Shown piece after piece: positions 27,753 through 36,395 of a stretch of DNA of 63,714 bases (within the stretch, counting starts at the first letter, position 1; each line of letters opens with the position of its first letter). A program made the translations under genes and the position numbers. Source of the stretch: Gammaproteobacteria bacterium (lineage in GTDB: Bacteria; Pseudomonadota; Gammaproteobacteria; Steroidobacterales; PWYM01); assembly GCA_041745895.1 (NCBI GenBank), contig JBGTIC010000046.1:1-63714 (forward strand). The letters run 5' to 3'. Under the pieces are notes generated by a model. It was not told the origin of the DNA, ran no database searches, and saw only the letters and a list, made by a program, of their open reading frames with translations.

Positions 27753-29948
27753 ATGAGCTATCGCTTGGGAGTAGACGTAGGGGGAACATTCACGGACCTT
27801 CTATTGGTGAACGAAAAATCCGGGGACATCTTCACGGCCAAAGTGCCGAGCACACCACAGGACTCGTCGATCGGCGTCCTGAACGGGATCGAAAGGGTCT
27901 GCAACAACGCCGGCATCGATCCCGCAGAAATCACCCACGTGATGCACGGCACCACGGTGGCAACGAACACGATGCTCGAAGGCAATGGTGCCACCGTCGG
28001 CCTGGTGACAACGAAGGGCTATCGCCAGGTTCTGCAGATCGCGCGCTCGTATGTGCCGGGCGGATTGGGCGGCTGGGTGATTTACAACAAGAGCAACCCT
28101 ATTGCCCCGCTGGCGCTGACGATCGAAGCCGAAGAGCGCATGAGTGCCAAGGGCGAAGTCGTGCGCAAGCTCGATGAGGCGCAGATCGAGGCTGAGCTGA
28201 TCCGGCTGCGCGACAAGGGCATCGAGGCACTCACAGTTTCCCTGATCAACTCCTACGCCAACCCGGCGAACGAAAAGAAGATCAAGCGCATCGCCACGCG
28301 GGTGATGCCGGGCATTCCAGTGTCGCTGTCATCCGAGGTGGTGCCGGAGATGCAGGAGTACGAGCGAACCGTCACGACGGTGGCAAACTCCTTCGTGCGC
28401 CCGAAGGTCCAGACCTATATTCGCAACCTTCATCGTGAACTCACCAGCAAGATGAAGAACGTGCAGCTGCATGTGCTGCGCTCGGATGGCGGACTCGCGG
28501 CGGCGAAAGCTGCCGAAGAAATGCCTGTCAACCTGCTGATGAGCGGCCCGGCCGGCGGCGTTGCCGGGGCCATCTGGGTGGCCAGGCAGGCAGGGTTCCC
28601 GAACCTGCTGACCTTCGACATGGGGGGCACCTCCACGGACGTGTGCCTGGTCCAGAACGGCAAGGCGCAACTGCGTCGCGAGACGACCGTGGGAGATGTC
28701 ACGGTGCGCGCCTCGTCGGTGGACGTGCGCACGGTCGGTGCGGGTGGCGGCTCGATCGCCAAGGTGCCGGAACTCACCAAAGCGCTGCGCGTGGGACCCG
28801 AGAGCGCCGGTGCGGCACCCGGACCGGCAGCCTACGGCCAGGGCGGTGAGGCCCCGACGGTGACGGACGCGAACGTCACGCTGGGGTATCTGCCAGCCGA
28901 GGTTCGCCTTGGCGGCGATATGACCATTCGCAAGGACCTGGCTGAAAAAGCGGTGCAGAGCATCGCCGATTCGCTGGATCTTACGCTGCACGAGGCGGCA
29001 TCGGGCATCGTCGATATCGTCAACGAAAACATGTTCGGTGCCCTGCGACTGGTGTCGGTTGAACAGGGCTATGATCCACGCGACTTCGCATTGATCGCCT
29101 TCGGCGGGGCAGGTCCGCTGCACGCCAACGCGCTCGGACGCCTGATGGGCTCGTGGCCGGTGATCATCCCGCCTGGCCCAGGAGTACTGTGCGCTTATGG
29201 CGATGCCACCACGCGTGTTCGCGACGAGGCTTCGCGCACGTTCATTCGCAAATTCACCGATACCAATGTCGACGAGGTGGTCAAGACTTTCGAGGATCTC
29301 GCCGACACCGCCGCAAAGACGCTGGATAACGAAGGCGTTGCGCGCAAGGATCAGTCGGTCAGCTACCAGGTGGATGTGCGCTACCACGGCCAGGGTCTGC
29401 AACTGACGGTCGATGTTGATCTCAAGGATCTGCGCAAGAACGGTCTTGCGGCCATTGGCGGGCCATTCGACGAGATGCATCGCCAGCTGTTCACCTTTGC
29501 ACTGGAACTCGACAAGGAAGTGGTCAACCTGCGTGCCGTCGTCCAGGGCAAGCCCACCAAGGTCAAGGCACCGGAGGTCAAGCGTGGCGGTCCGGATCCG
29601 AAGGCTGCGGTCGTCGCCGAGCACAGGATCTACGCCGACGGCAAGATGCGCAAGGCGAAGATCTACGATCGCGCCAAGCTCAAGGCCGGTAACAAGGTGG
29701 CCGGCCCGGCGGTGGTCATGGAGATGGACTCCACCACGGTGATCCTGCCTGGTCACACGGGTGTTGTGGATCGTTTCGGCAACATCCTGATCAATCCGGA
29801 CAAGGGTGCCAGCAACACCAGGACCCGGCAGAGCGCAGCGAGCAAGCCGGTCAAGAGCCTCAGCAAGGCGAGCGCCAAAACCGCTGCGGGGAAAGGGAAG
29901 AAAAAGGCGACGAAGAAGAAGGCAGCGAAGAAGCGGGCCGCGGCCTGA
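27753..29948 (+). CDS. hydantoinase A / oxoprolinase family ATP-dependent enzyme, A-type subunit, with Lys/Ala-rich C-terminal tail
   Basis: ORF 27714..29948 trimmed to MSYRLGVDVGGTFTDLLLV... (ASKHA-type ATPase motif); TFDMGGTSTDV is also present. The last ~47 aa are KPVKSLSKASAKTAAGKGKKKATKKKAAKKRAAA-like. Confidence 0.85.
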   Translation: MSYRLGVDVGGTFTDLLLVNEKSGDIFTAKVPSTPQDSSIGVLNGIERVCNNAGIDPAEITHVMHGTTVATNTMLEGNGATVGLVTTKGYRQVLQIARSYVPGGLGGWVIYNKSNPIAPLALTIEAEERMSAKGEVVRKLDEAQIEAELIRLRDKGIEALTVSLINSYANPANEKKIKRIATRVMPGIPVSLSSEVVPEMQEYERTVTTVANSFVRPKVQTYIRNLHRELTSKMKNVQLHVLRSDGGLAAAKAAEEMPVNLLMSGPAGGVAGAIWVARQAGFPNLLTFDMGGTSTDVCLVQNGKAQLRRETTVGDVTVRASSVDVRTVGAGGGSIAKVPELTKALRVGPESAGAAPGPAAYGQGGEAPTVTDANVTLGYLPAEVRLGGDMTIRKDLAEKAVQSIADSLDLTLHEAASGIVDIVNENMFGALRLVSVEQGYDPRDFALIAFGGAGPLHANALGRLMGSWPVIIPPGPGVLCAYGDATTRVRDEASRTFIRKFTDTNVDEVVKTFEDLADTAAKTLDNEGVARKDQSVSYQVDVRYHGQGLQLTVDVDLKDLRKNGLAAIGGPFDEMHRQLFTFALELDKEVVNLRAVVQGKPTKVKAPEVKRGGPDPKAAVVAEHRIYADGKMRKAKIYDRAKLKAGNKVAGPAVVMEMDSTTVILPGHTGVVDRFGNILINPDKGASNTRTRQSAASKPVKSLSKASAKTAAGKGKKKATKKKAAKKRAAA

Positions 29949-30016
29949 CGCGCCAGTGACGGTCGCGTCCGTGAATGGCGCGAGACACCTTTTCGAATTT
30001 TGCAGAGAGTACCGAC

Positions 30017-31924
30017 ATGCCAGCAACCATCATTGAAACAAACAAGAAGGCCTTCAAGCGCAAGAAGGTCGACCCGATCACCCTCGACATTGTCGAGAAC
30101 GCAATGCTCAATGCGCGTTATGAAATGGATGCTGTGCTTTTTCGCACGGCAATGTCACCGGGCATTCGCGAACAGCATGACGAATTCCCGATGATCGCAA
30201 ACCGCGACGGCAAGATGGTCGTCGGCCAGTTCGGCTCTTTTATCCACGGCTTTTTGAAGGGGTTCAACGACACCATCGAGGAAGGCGACATTTTCCTCAC
30301 CTCGGACCCGTATCTGACCAACGGCGCGATCAGCCACGCCAATGACTGGTTGCTGCTCAAGCCGATCTTCAAGGAGGGTCGCATCATTGCGTGGGCCGCG
30401 ATGTTCGGACACATGACCGATATCGGCGGCAAGGTCCCGGGCAGCCTGCCAACCGATGCACGACAGATCTTCGAGGAGGGCGTGGTGATTCCGCCGCTGA
30501 AGATCTACCGCAAGGGCGAATTGCAGGAAGACGTACTCAAGCTGATTCTGCACAACTGCCGCCTGCCACACTGGAACTTGAGCGACTTCAACGCTATCGT
30601 GGCGGCGATCCGTACGGCCGAGAAACGTTGTATCGAGCTCGCAAGACGCTTCGGTGACGATGTCTACTATTCGGCGCTGGAAGAGCTGCTCGATCGCAAC
30701 TATCGCGCGATGCGCAAGCTCATTCAGACCACCGTTCCGGAGACCAAGCAGTACTTCGAAGATTACATCTGCGATGACGGGATGGGCATGGGCCCTTACA
30801 AGATCCGCTGTGCGATGTGGCGCGAAGGCGAGAAAGTCATCTTCGATTTTACCGGCACCGATCCGCAATCCGTGGGTCCCGTGAACTTCTTCCTCAACGA
30901 GGAGATGTTCAAGATGTTCTGTGGCGTCTACATGATCATGGTCTTCGACCCTCAGATCATGTTCAACGACGGCTTCTACGACCTGATGGAAGTGCATATT
31001 CCTGAGGGCACATTGCTCAAGCCCAAGAAGCCCGCAGCACTGTCGTGTCGGACTCATGCGCTGGGCCGTATCTTCGATGTACTCGGTGGCCTGCTCGGCC
31101 AGGGCAGCCCGGATTTCCTTTGCGCAGCCGGTTTCTCCGACAGCCCCCACTTCATGTATTCGGGTTACGACAAGCGTGGCCAGTGGTATCAGCTCTACCA
31201 GATCGGTTTTGGTGGCATACCAGGCAAGCCCTCAGGCGATGGCCCGGATGGTCATTCCCTGTGGCCGAGCTTCACCAACGTGCCCAACGAGTTTCTCGAA
31301 AGCTACTTCCCGCTGCGTATCGAGGCCTATGAGACCATTCCTGACAGTGGTGGGCCCGGTCTGCACAGAGGCGGCAACGCGCTGCGGGTGGGCTACTGCT
31401 TTCTCGAGCCCGGTGAAATCTCGATCCACGATGACCGCTGGCTGACCTACCCATGGGGCGTCACCGGCGGCCTGCCCGGTCAGCGAAGCACGAAGCTGTT
31501 GGTGCGCACGGACGGCTCTCAGGAACTCATGCCCTCCAAATGCGATCGAGTCGTCGTGAACAGCGGGGACATCCTTTACTTCGATACCTGGGGTGGCGGC
31601 GGCTGGGGTGACCCGCTGAAGCGTCCGGTCGAGCGCGTGGAATTCGACGTCGAGGCAGGGCTTGTGACCCACGATGGTGCACGGCGCTACGGTGTGGTGC
31701 TCGACACTGACGGCAAGACTGATGAGGCGGCGACCAAAGAGCTGCGTGCCAAGATGGCCAAGGAGCGTGGCAAGACCAAGCTGTTCGACTACGGTGGCAC
31801 GATCGAGGAGCTCAAGGCGCGCTGCAAGGCCGAGACAGGGCTTGAGCCGCCTGCCAAGCCGGAGTTCCCGCGCTGGCTGAAGGCAGCCGGCCAGGCCGCG
31901 CCAAAAATGAAGCTGGCAAGCTAG
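30017..31924 (+). CDS. hydantoinase B / oxoprolinase family protein, B-type subunit
   Basis: ORF 29975..31924 trimmed to MPATIIETNKKAFKRKKVDPITLDIVENAM.... Other blocks: DIFLTSDPYLTNGAISHANDW and GGGGWGDPLKRP. Confidence 0.85.
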   Translation: MPATIIETNKKAFKRKKVDPITLDIVENAMLNARYEMDAVLFRTAMSPGIREQHDEFPMIANRDGKMVVGQFGSFIHGFLKGFNDTIEEGDIFLTSDPYLTNGAISHANDWLLLKPIFKEGRIIAWAAMFGHMTDIGGKVPGSLPTDARQIFEEGVVIPPLKIYRKGELQEDVLKLILHNCRLPHWNLSDFNAIVAAIRTAEKRCIELARRFGDDVYYSALEELLDRNYRAMRKLIQTTVPETKQYFEDYICDDGMGMGPYKIRCAMWREGEKVIFDFTGTDPQSVGPVNFFLNEEMFKMFCGVYMIMVFDPQIMFNDGFYDLMEVHIPEGTLLKPKKPAALSCRTHALGRIFDVLGGLLGQGSPDFLCAAGFSDSPHFMYSGYDKRGQWYQLYQIGFGGIPGKPSGDGPDGHSLWPSFTNVPNEFLESYFPLRIEAYETIPDSGGPGLHRGGNALRVGYCFLEPGEISIHDDRWLTYPWGVTGGLPGQRSTKLLVRTDGSQELMPSKCDRVVVNSGDILYFDTWGGGGWGDPLKRPVERVEFDVEAGLVTHDGARRYGVVLDTDGKTDEAATKELRAKMAKERGKTKLFDYGGTIEELKARCKAETGLEPPAKPEFPRWLKAAGQAAPKMKLAS

Positions 31925-31942
31925 GACACTACAAGGTCAAGT

Positions 31943-31980
31943 CCCGGGCAGGAAGGGCGCATGCGCGCTTTTTGCCCGGG
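31943..31980. terminator. long GC hairpin between convergent genes (possible bidirectional terminator)
   Basis: CCCGGGCA ... GCGCATGCGC ... TGCCCGGG with an internal CTTTTT. It lies between the hydantoinase B stop and the X1 stop. Confidence 0.4.
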
Positions 31981-31996
31981 GCATGAGCCTCGGTCT

Positions 31997-32659
31997 TCAG
32001 CCCAGGGGTTTGACCGTGCCGAGAAAGGCAGCAAGCAAAAGCGCGACGTACAAGGCAACCACGACTCGGATGGTTGCGTCGATGCCTGAGGAAATACGGG
32101 CCTCGAGCTGTTCACTGCTGCCGCGTGCGGCAAGCTCGGCGAAGCCTGCGCCTACGGGCTTGAACGCATAATCGATGCCCAGCGCGAGCAGGCAGATGAC
32201 TGCATACAGCGCGAGCTTGGCACTCAGCCATGGCGCTGACGTGAGTGCATCCGTCCACACGCCAAGCGCACTGGCAGTGAACAGCATTGTTGCCAACATA
32301 AGCAGCCATGCGGATAGCAGGCGGTGCAGCAGCGGTGACGCCGCAGGATTGCGTGCCAGCCCGATCACAAGCGCCAGCCAGAAGCCTGCGACGGCCCAGG
32401 TGATGGCGGGCAGCAGGGCGGAGGGATGTAGCAGGCCCATGTTCCACGCCAGCTGCACACCGACGGGCAACATCAGTACGAACGCGATGCGCGGAGTGAA
32501 GTCGATCTTCATTGCCATTTCCAGCAGCAGGCTGCGCTGCGAGAAGGCAAGGGAGGGATCTTTTGCACGCCGCGCCAGCACGAAAACCCCGAGGTCGGCG
32601 CCCAGCCAATAGACGAACAGCAGGATATGGACGAAAACCCAGAATTCGTGAATCTGCAT
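31997..32659 (-). CDS. 6-TM membrane protein of unrecognised family, paralogue X1
   Basis: ORF 31997..32698 trimmed to MQIHEFWVFVHILLFVYWLGADLGVF... (GGGAGG SD 9 nt upstream). It shares motifs with 43669..44340 and 56728..57399. Confidence 0.7.
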   Translation of the reverse strand: MQIHEFWVFVHILLFVYWLGADLGVFVLARRAKDPSLAFSQRSLLLEMAMKIDFTPRIAFVLMLPVGVQLAWNMGLLHPSALLPAITWAVAGFWLALVIGLARNPAASPLLHRLLSAWLLMLATMLFTASALGVWTDALTSAPWLSAKLALYAVICLLALGIDYAFKPVGAGFAELAARGSSEQLEARISSGIDATIRVVVALYVALLLAAFLGTVKPLG

Positions 32660-32688
32660 GGTGCGCGCCTCCCTGACGGTGTAGGCGC

Positions 32689-33387
32689 ATGGTTTCATAC
32701 TGCCCTGCGAGCGCTCAAGTGAAGGCCGTAGAAAAGGCCTACAACGCCGTTCGGCGCGGCATCCTGGGTGGTCGGTTTGCGGCCGGTAGCCGGCTGACCG
32801 AGCATGAGGTCTCGGCGCTCGCTGGGGTCAGTCGCACGCCGGTACGCGAGGCCCTCAGACGTCTGCAAAGTGAAGGCCTGCTCGAGTTCATTCCCAATCA
32901 CGGAGCGGTGGTCGCCAACTGGAATGAAGCCGAGGTCGACGACATCTTCGAGCTTCGCGCGATGCTGGAAGCCTACGCAGTCGAGCGCGCTACGCGGCAC
33001 GCCAGCGAGGCAGACCTGCGCGAACTCCACGAGCTGGCTGAAGCCCAACTGCGCGCAGCCCATGCGCGCGGGGAGAAGAAGCTCGAAGACATTGCTGAGC
33101 TGAACAGCCGATTCCACGAGCGCCTGCAGAAAGCAGCCAACAGTGAGCGTCTGCAACGCATGCTGGTGGCCTTGATCGAGGTGCCGCTGGTTGCGCAGAC
33201 CTTCCGAAAATACACTGACGAACAACTGCTGCGCAGTTCACAGCATCACCTGGAAATCGTGCTGGCAATGGAAGCCGGGGACGCCGATGGAGCGGCCTCG
33301 ATCATGCGTGCGCACGTGCTGGCCGCTCGAACAGCCTTCTACCGCGCTACCGGCCGCGAGAGCCCGACGCGCGCGGCCGCATCCTGA
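32689..33387 (+). CDS. GntR family transcriptional regulator, FadR/FCD subfamily
   Basis: 232-aa ORF. The winged HTH is LTEHEVSALAGVSRTPVREALRRLQSEGLL, followed by an all-helical FCD-type C-terminal domain. The start could also be GTG 32719. Confidence 0.85.
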   Translation: MVSYCPASAQVKAVEKAYNAVRRGILGGRFAAGSRLTEHEVSALAGVSRTPVREALRRLQSEGLLEFIPNHGAVVANWNEAEVDDIFELRAMLEAYAVERATRHASEADLRELHELAEAQLRAAHARGEKKLEDIAELNSRFHERLQKAANSERLQRMLVALIEVPLVAQTFRKYTDEQLLRSSQHHLEIVLAMEAGDADGAASIMRAHVLAARTAFYRATGRESPTRAAAS

Positions 33388-33396
33388 ATCGAGAGT

Positions 33397-34206
33397 TCAG
33401 CGCGCCGCAACAGGCTGTGTGTTGTGATACTCGGCCCGCTGGCGTGCAAATTCGCCGCCGATCTGATCGGCAGCACGTCGCATTCTCGGCACAAAGCGCT
33501 CGACTGCCGCCGGCTGCGGCAGCGCCGTACTGGAAAAGCGCACTGTCAACGCAGCCATGAGTCTGCCTTCGGACGTGATGGGGACTGAGAAGGCGGTCAG
33601 ATCGGATACACGACGCGGTCTGGTGTGGATCGCAAAACCACGCTCGCGGGTTTCCAGCAACAGTTTCTGTACCTGAACACGGTTGCGCGCGAGCTGGTCG
33701 GCGACGTTCTTCGAGCGTGCCAGCATGTCGATGAGCGCCTCGCGCTGGGTCTTGTCACAGAACGCGAGGTAGACCAGGCCAGAGGCGCTGGCCAGCATCG
33801 GTACCCGATAACCCGGGCCGTAGCGCTCAACTGCCAGCGGGCTCTGGTGGTCCGTGGTCTCGCGCACCAGCATGCTGGTACCCGAAAGCGTGGCAATGGA
33901 CACCGGCCACACAATCTCGCGGCACAGCTCATAGATGAAGGGTTTGGCTGTCTGGGTGATCCACGCTTCGTCATCGAACCCGTCCGACAGGCCGCGCACC
34001 ATGATGGTCAACCGATACTTGTCGTCACTCTCGGAGCGATACGCGTAGCCAGCGTGACACAGGGTTTCGAGAATGCGATAGGTGGTCGTGCGCGGCAGGT
34101 CGATCTCGTGAGCAACCTCGGAGACGGTCACGCCGTCTTTCAGATTGAGAATCGTCAGGGCATCCAGACCCCTGATGAGGGCGCGGATAGGTCGGGTAGA
34201 AGTCAT
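33397..34206 (-). CDS. IclR family transcriptional regulator
   Basis: ORF 33397..34533 trimmed to MTSTRPIRALIRGLDALTILN...VTVSEVAHEIDLPRTTTYRILETL, followed by an IclR effector domain. Confidence 0.85.
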   Translation of the reverse strand: MTSTRPIRALIRGLDALTILNLKDGVTVSEVAHEIDLPRTTTYRILETLCHAGYAYRSESDDKYRLTIMVRGLSDGFDDEAWITQTAKPFIYELCREIVWPVSIATLSGTSMLVRETTDHQSPLAVERYGPGYRVPMLASASGLVYLAFCDKTQREALIDMLARSKNVADQLARNRVQVQKLLLETRERGFAIHTRPRRVSDLTAFSVPITSEGRLMAALTVRFSSTALPQPAAVERFVPRMRRAADQIGGEFARQRAEYHNTQPVAAR

Positions 34207-34320
34207 GGTAGACGTATTCCTGTCAATGTCTGGAACCGGACTCTTGGAAGAGAGCACATCACAGGCGAGCGAAAATGTCCACAGGGTGAACAGTGACGCG
34301 GGCCCGTGCAGCCCCTGATG

Positions 34321-34335
34321 GATCGTTGTACGATC
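34321..34335. promoter_or_regulatory. inverted repeat GATCGT-tgt-ACGATC, candidate IclR operator
   Basis: Read directly from the sequence, in the divergent region between the IclR and flavin reductase genes. Confidence 0.3.
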
Positions 34336-34411
34336 TGGGCGCCAAATTGGATGTAACGGTGAGCAGGGAGTAGGGACCATTTCTGTTGCAGATGCCACAC
34401 AGCCGCTGCCG

Positions 34412-34912
34412 GTGCCTGTCGCGCCGGATGTCGAGGCGAGGCGTGCGTTGCGTGCAGGCCTGGGCGAATTCGCCACGGGCGTTACGATAGTGACGACCTT
34501 CGAAGCCGACAAGCCGGTCGGCATCACTGTCAACTCATTCGCTTCCGTTTCGCTGGATCCACCCTTGATCCTGTGGAGCGTCGCGCGCGAGGCGAGCTGT
34601 GCGCCTGCGTTTGCTCCCGGCCGGCGCTTTTGCGTGCATGTGCTGGCTGCCGGTCAGGAGACGCTGGCGCGGCGCTTTGCGCGCACCGGTGGCGACAAGT
34701 TTGCCGACCTGGACTGGTCTCCAAGCACCCATGGCACGCCGCTGCTGCCCGGGTGTATCGCGGAGTTTCACTGCAGTGTCAGCGCCTGTCACGCGGGCGG
34801 GGACCACACGATCATCGTCGGCCGGGTCGACGCCTGGCTTTCCAGAAAGGGTCAGGCACTGGTGTTTCACCGCGGCCGGTTTCTTGCTCTGCCGCGTACC
34901 AGCGAAACCTAA
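34412..34912 (+). CDS. NAD(P)H-dependent flavin reductase (HpaC/RutF-like)
   Basis: 166-aa ORF (GTG start) with FATGVTIVTT...VGITVNSFASVSLDPPLILWSV. Confidence 0.85.
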   Translation: MPVAPDVEARRALRAGLGEFATGVTIVTTFEADKPVGITVNSFASVSLDPPLILWSVAREASCAPAFAPGRRFCVHVLAAGQETLARRFARTGGDKFADLDWSPSTHGTPLLPGCIAEFHCSVSACHAGGDHTIIVGRVDAWLSRKGQALVFHRGRFLALPRTSET

Positions 34913-35487
34913 CGGGACATCGAGTGATACTCGGGGTTGGGCTGCATGCCGATCGCTGAGGCCATGCGATTGCTCATGTTGAAAAAAGCCGTGACGGCGG
35001 CGACGTCCCACAGATCCCGTTCGCTCAAGCCGGCCGCTCGCAGAGCGTCGCGGTCCGCCGCACCCACTGCCTCCGGAGAGACAGTCAGCCGCCAGGCAAA
35101 TTCGAGCATGCTGCGCTGGCGGGTGCTGAGCACGGCGGCACGAAAGTTCATGACCAGCGCCTCGCCAAGAGAGGGATCCCCCGAGAGGTGCCGCACCGCC
35201 TGACCGTGCGCGGTCAGGCAGTAATGACAGCGATTCGCCGCAGACACGACAACTGCGATCATCTCGCGCTCGAGCTTGTCGATGCCCGACTCACCGAGCA
35301 TGAGCTCGTTGTAGTATTCCATGAAGCAGCGCAGTTTCTGTTCGTCAAAGCTGTAGCTGCGCAGCACGTTCGGCACCATGCCAAGTTTATCCCTGCACTT
35401 GGCGAAGTAGGCCTGGATATCCTCGGCCAGGGCCTCTTCCTCCGGCAGCGGGATATCCAGGTCATGGATGCGATTTGACTGATTCAT
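34909..35487 (-). CDS. carboxymuconolactone decarboxylase / AhpD-like peroxidase-related family protein
   Basis: ORF 34909..35502. Start set at ATG 35487 after a GGAGAGG SD. It has AANRCHYCLTAHG with a CxxC motif. Confidence 0.8.
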   Translation of the reverse strand: MNQSNRIHDLDIPLPEEEALAEDIQAYFAKCRDKLGMVPNVLRSYSFDEQKLRCFMEYYNELMLGESGIDKLEREMIAVVVSAANRCHYCLTAHGQAVRHLSGDPSLGEALVMNFRAAVLSTRQRSMLEFAWRLTVSPEAVGAADRDALRAAGLSERDLWDVAAVTAFFNMSNRMASAIGMQPNPEYHSMSR

Positions 35488-35681
35488 ACGAGGCCTCTCC
35501 ACTGCGTTAAAGGTGCAGGGTGAAGTCTACCGCAGGACTCTGCCGGCACGCTCGAGTGCGCCCGACGCGTACAGGCATGCAAGGATGCGCTGGACTATGC
35601 GCTGACGCTCTGCTTGCCGTAGCATGGGCGTTTATCGGCGAGTGTCATCGCCGCGTACCGATTGATGCAGGAGAGCAGCGC

Positions 35682-36395
35682 ATGCCCACCGTTCTGGTGA
35701 CCGGGGCCAACAGAGGGCTCGGACTGGAGTTCGTCCGCCAGTATCTTGCGGATGGTTGGGAGGTCATCGCATGCTGCAGGCAAAGCTCGGCGGCGCTCGA
35801 TGATCTGCATCAGGCGTATCCCGGGGCGCTGGTGGTCGACGAGTTTGCGCTGACCGACCCGGCCGAACTCACCGCCTTCGCCGAACGGCTCGGCGCGCGT
35901 CCGGTGGATGTGCTGATCAACAATGCGGGCACCATGGGGCGAGGCAGTTTCGCCACGAAAGGTCTGGAGCCATTCCGGTTTGGCAGCGCAGATGCCGAAG
36001 ACTGGGCGCAGGTCTTTCACCTGAACGTGTTTGTGCCCATGAAGCTGGCGGAATTACTGGTGGACAATGTAGCGGCCAGCTCGCTGCGGCGTATTGTGAC
36101 CTTGACCAGCATGGTCGGGTCGATCGCAACGAATACGGTCGGGGGTCTTTACGCCTACCGTTCAAGCAAGGCTGCGGTGAATGCGATGATGCGGTCAATG
36201 GCCATCGATCTCGCCGAACGCGGCATCGTTGCCATCCCACTGCACCCGGGCTGGGTAAGGACGGATCTCGGCGGGGAGCAAGCGCAACTTGAAGCGCCCG
36301 CTGCCGTCGCCGGCATGCGCAAAGTGATCGACGAATTGACCCCGCAGCAGGCCGGTTGCTTTCTGACCTACAGTGGAGAGATGCTGCCGTGGTGA
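35682..36395 (+). CDS. SDR family oxidoreductase (CsgA/C-factor-like short type)
   Basis: ORF 35520..36395 trimmed to MPTVLVTGANRGLGLEF.... YRSSKAA is also present. Confidence 0.85.
   Translation: MPTVLVTGANRGLGLEFVRQYLADGWEVIACCRQSSAALDDLHQAYPGALVVDEFALTDPAELTAFAERLGARPVDVLINNAGTMGRGSFATKGLEPFRFGSADAEDWAQVFHLNVFVPMKLAELLVDNVAASSLRRIVTLTSMVGSIATNTVGGLYAYRSSKAAVNAMMRSMAIDLAERGIVAIPLHPGWVRTDLGGEQAQLEAPAAVAGMRKVIDELTPQQAGCFLTYSGEMLPW

Noticed and set aside
28329-30026. 565-aa minus-strand ORF antisense to the hydantoinase A gene
   Set aside because: This is a GC-rich antisense artefact. The plus-strand product carries the DVGGTFTD ATPase motif and a proper SD/operon arrangement.
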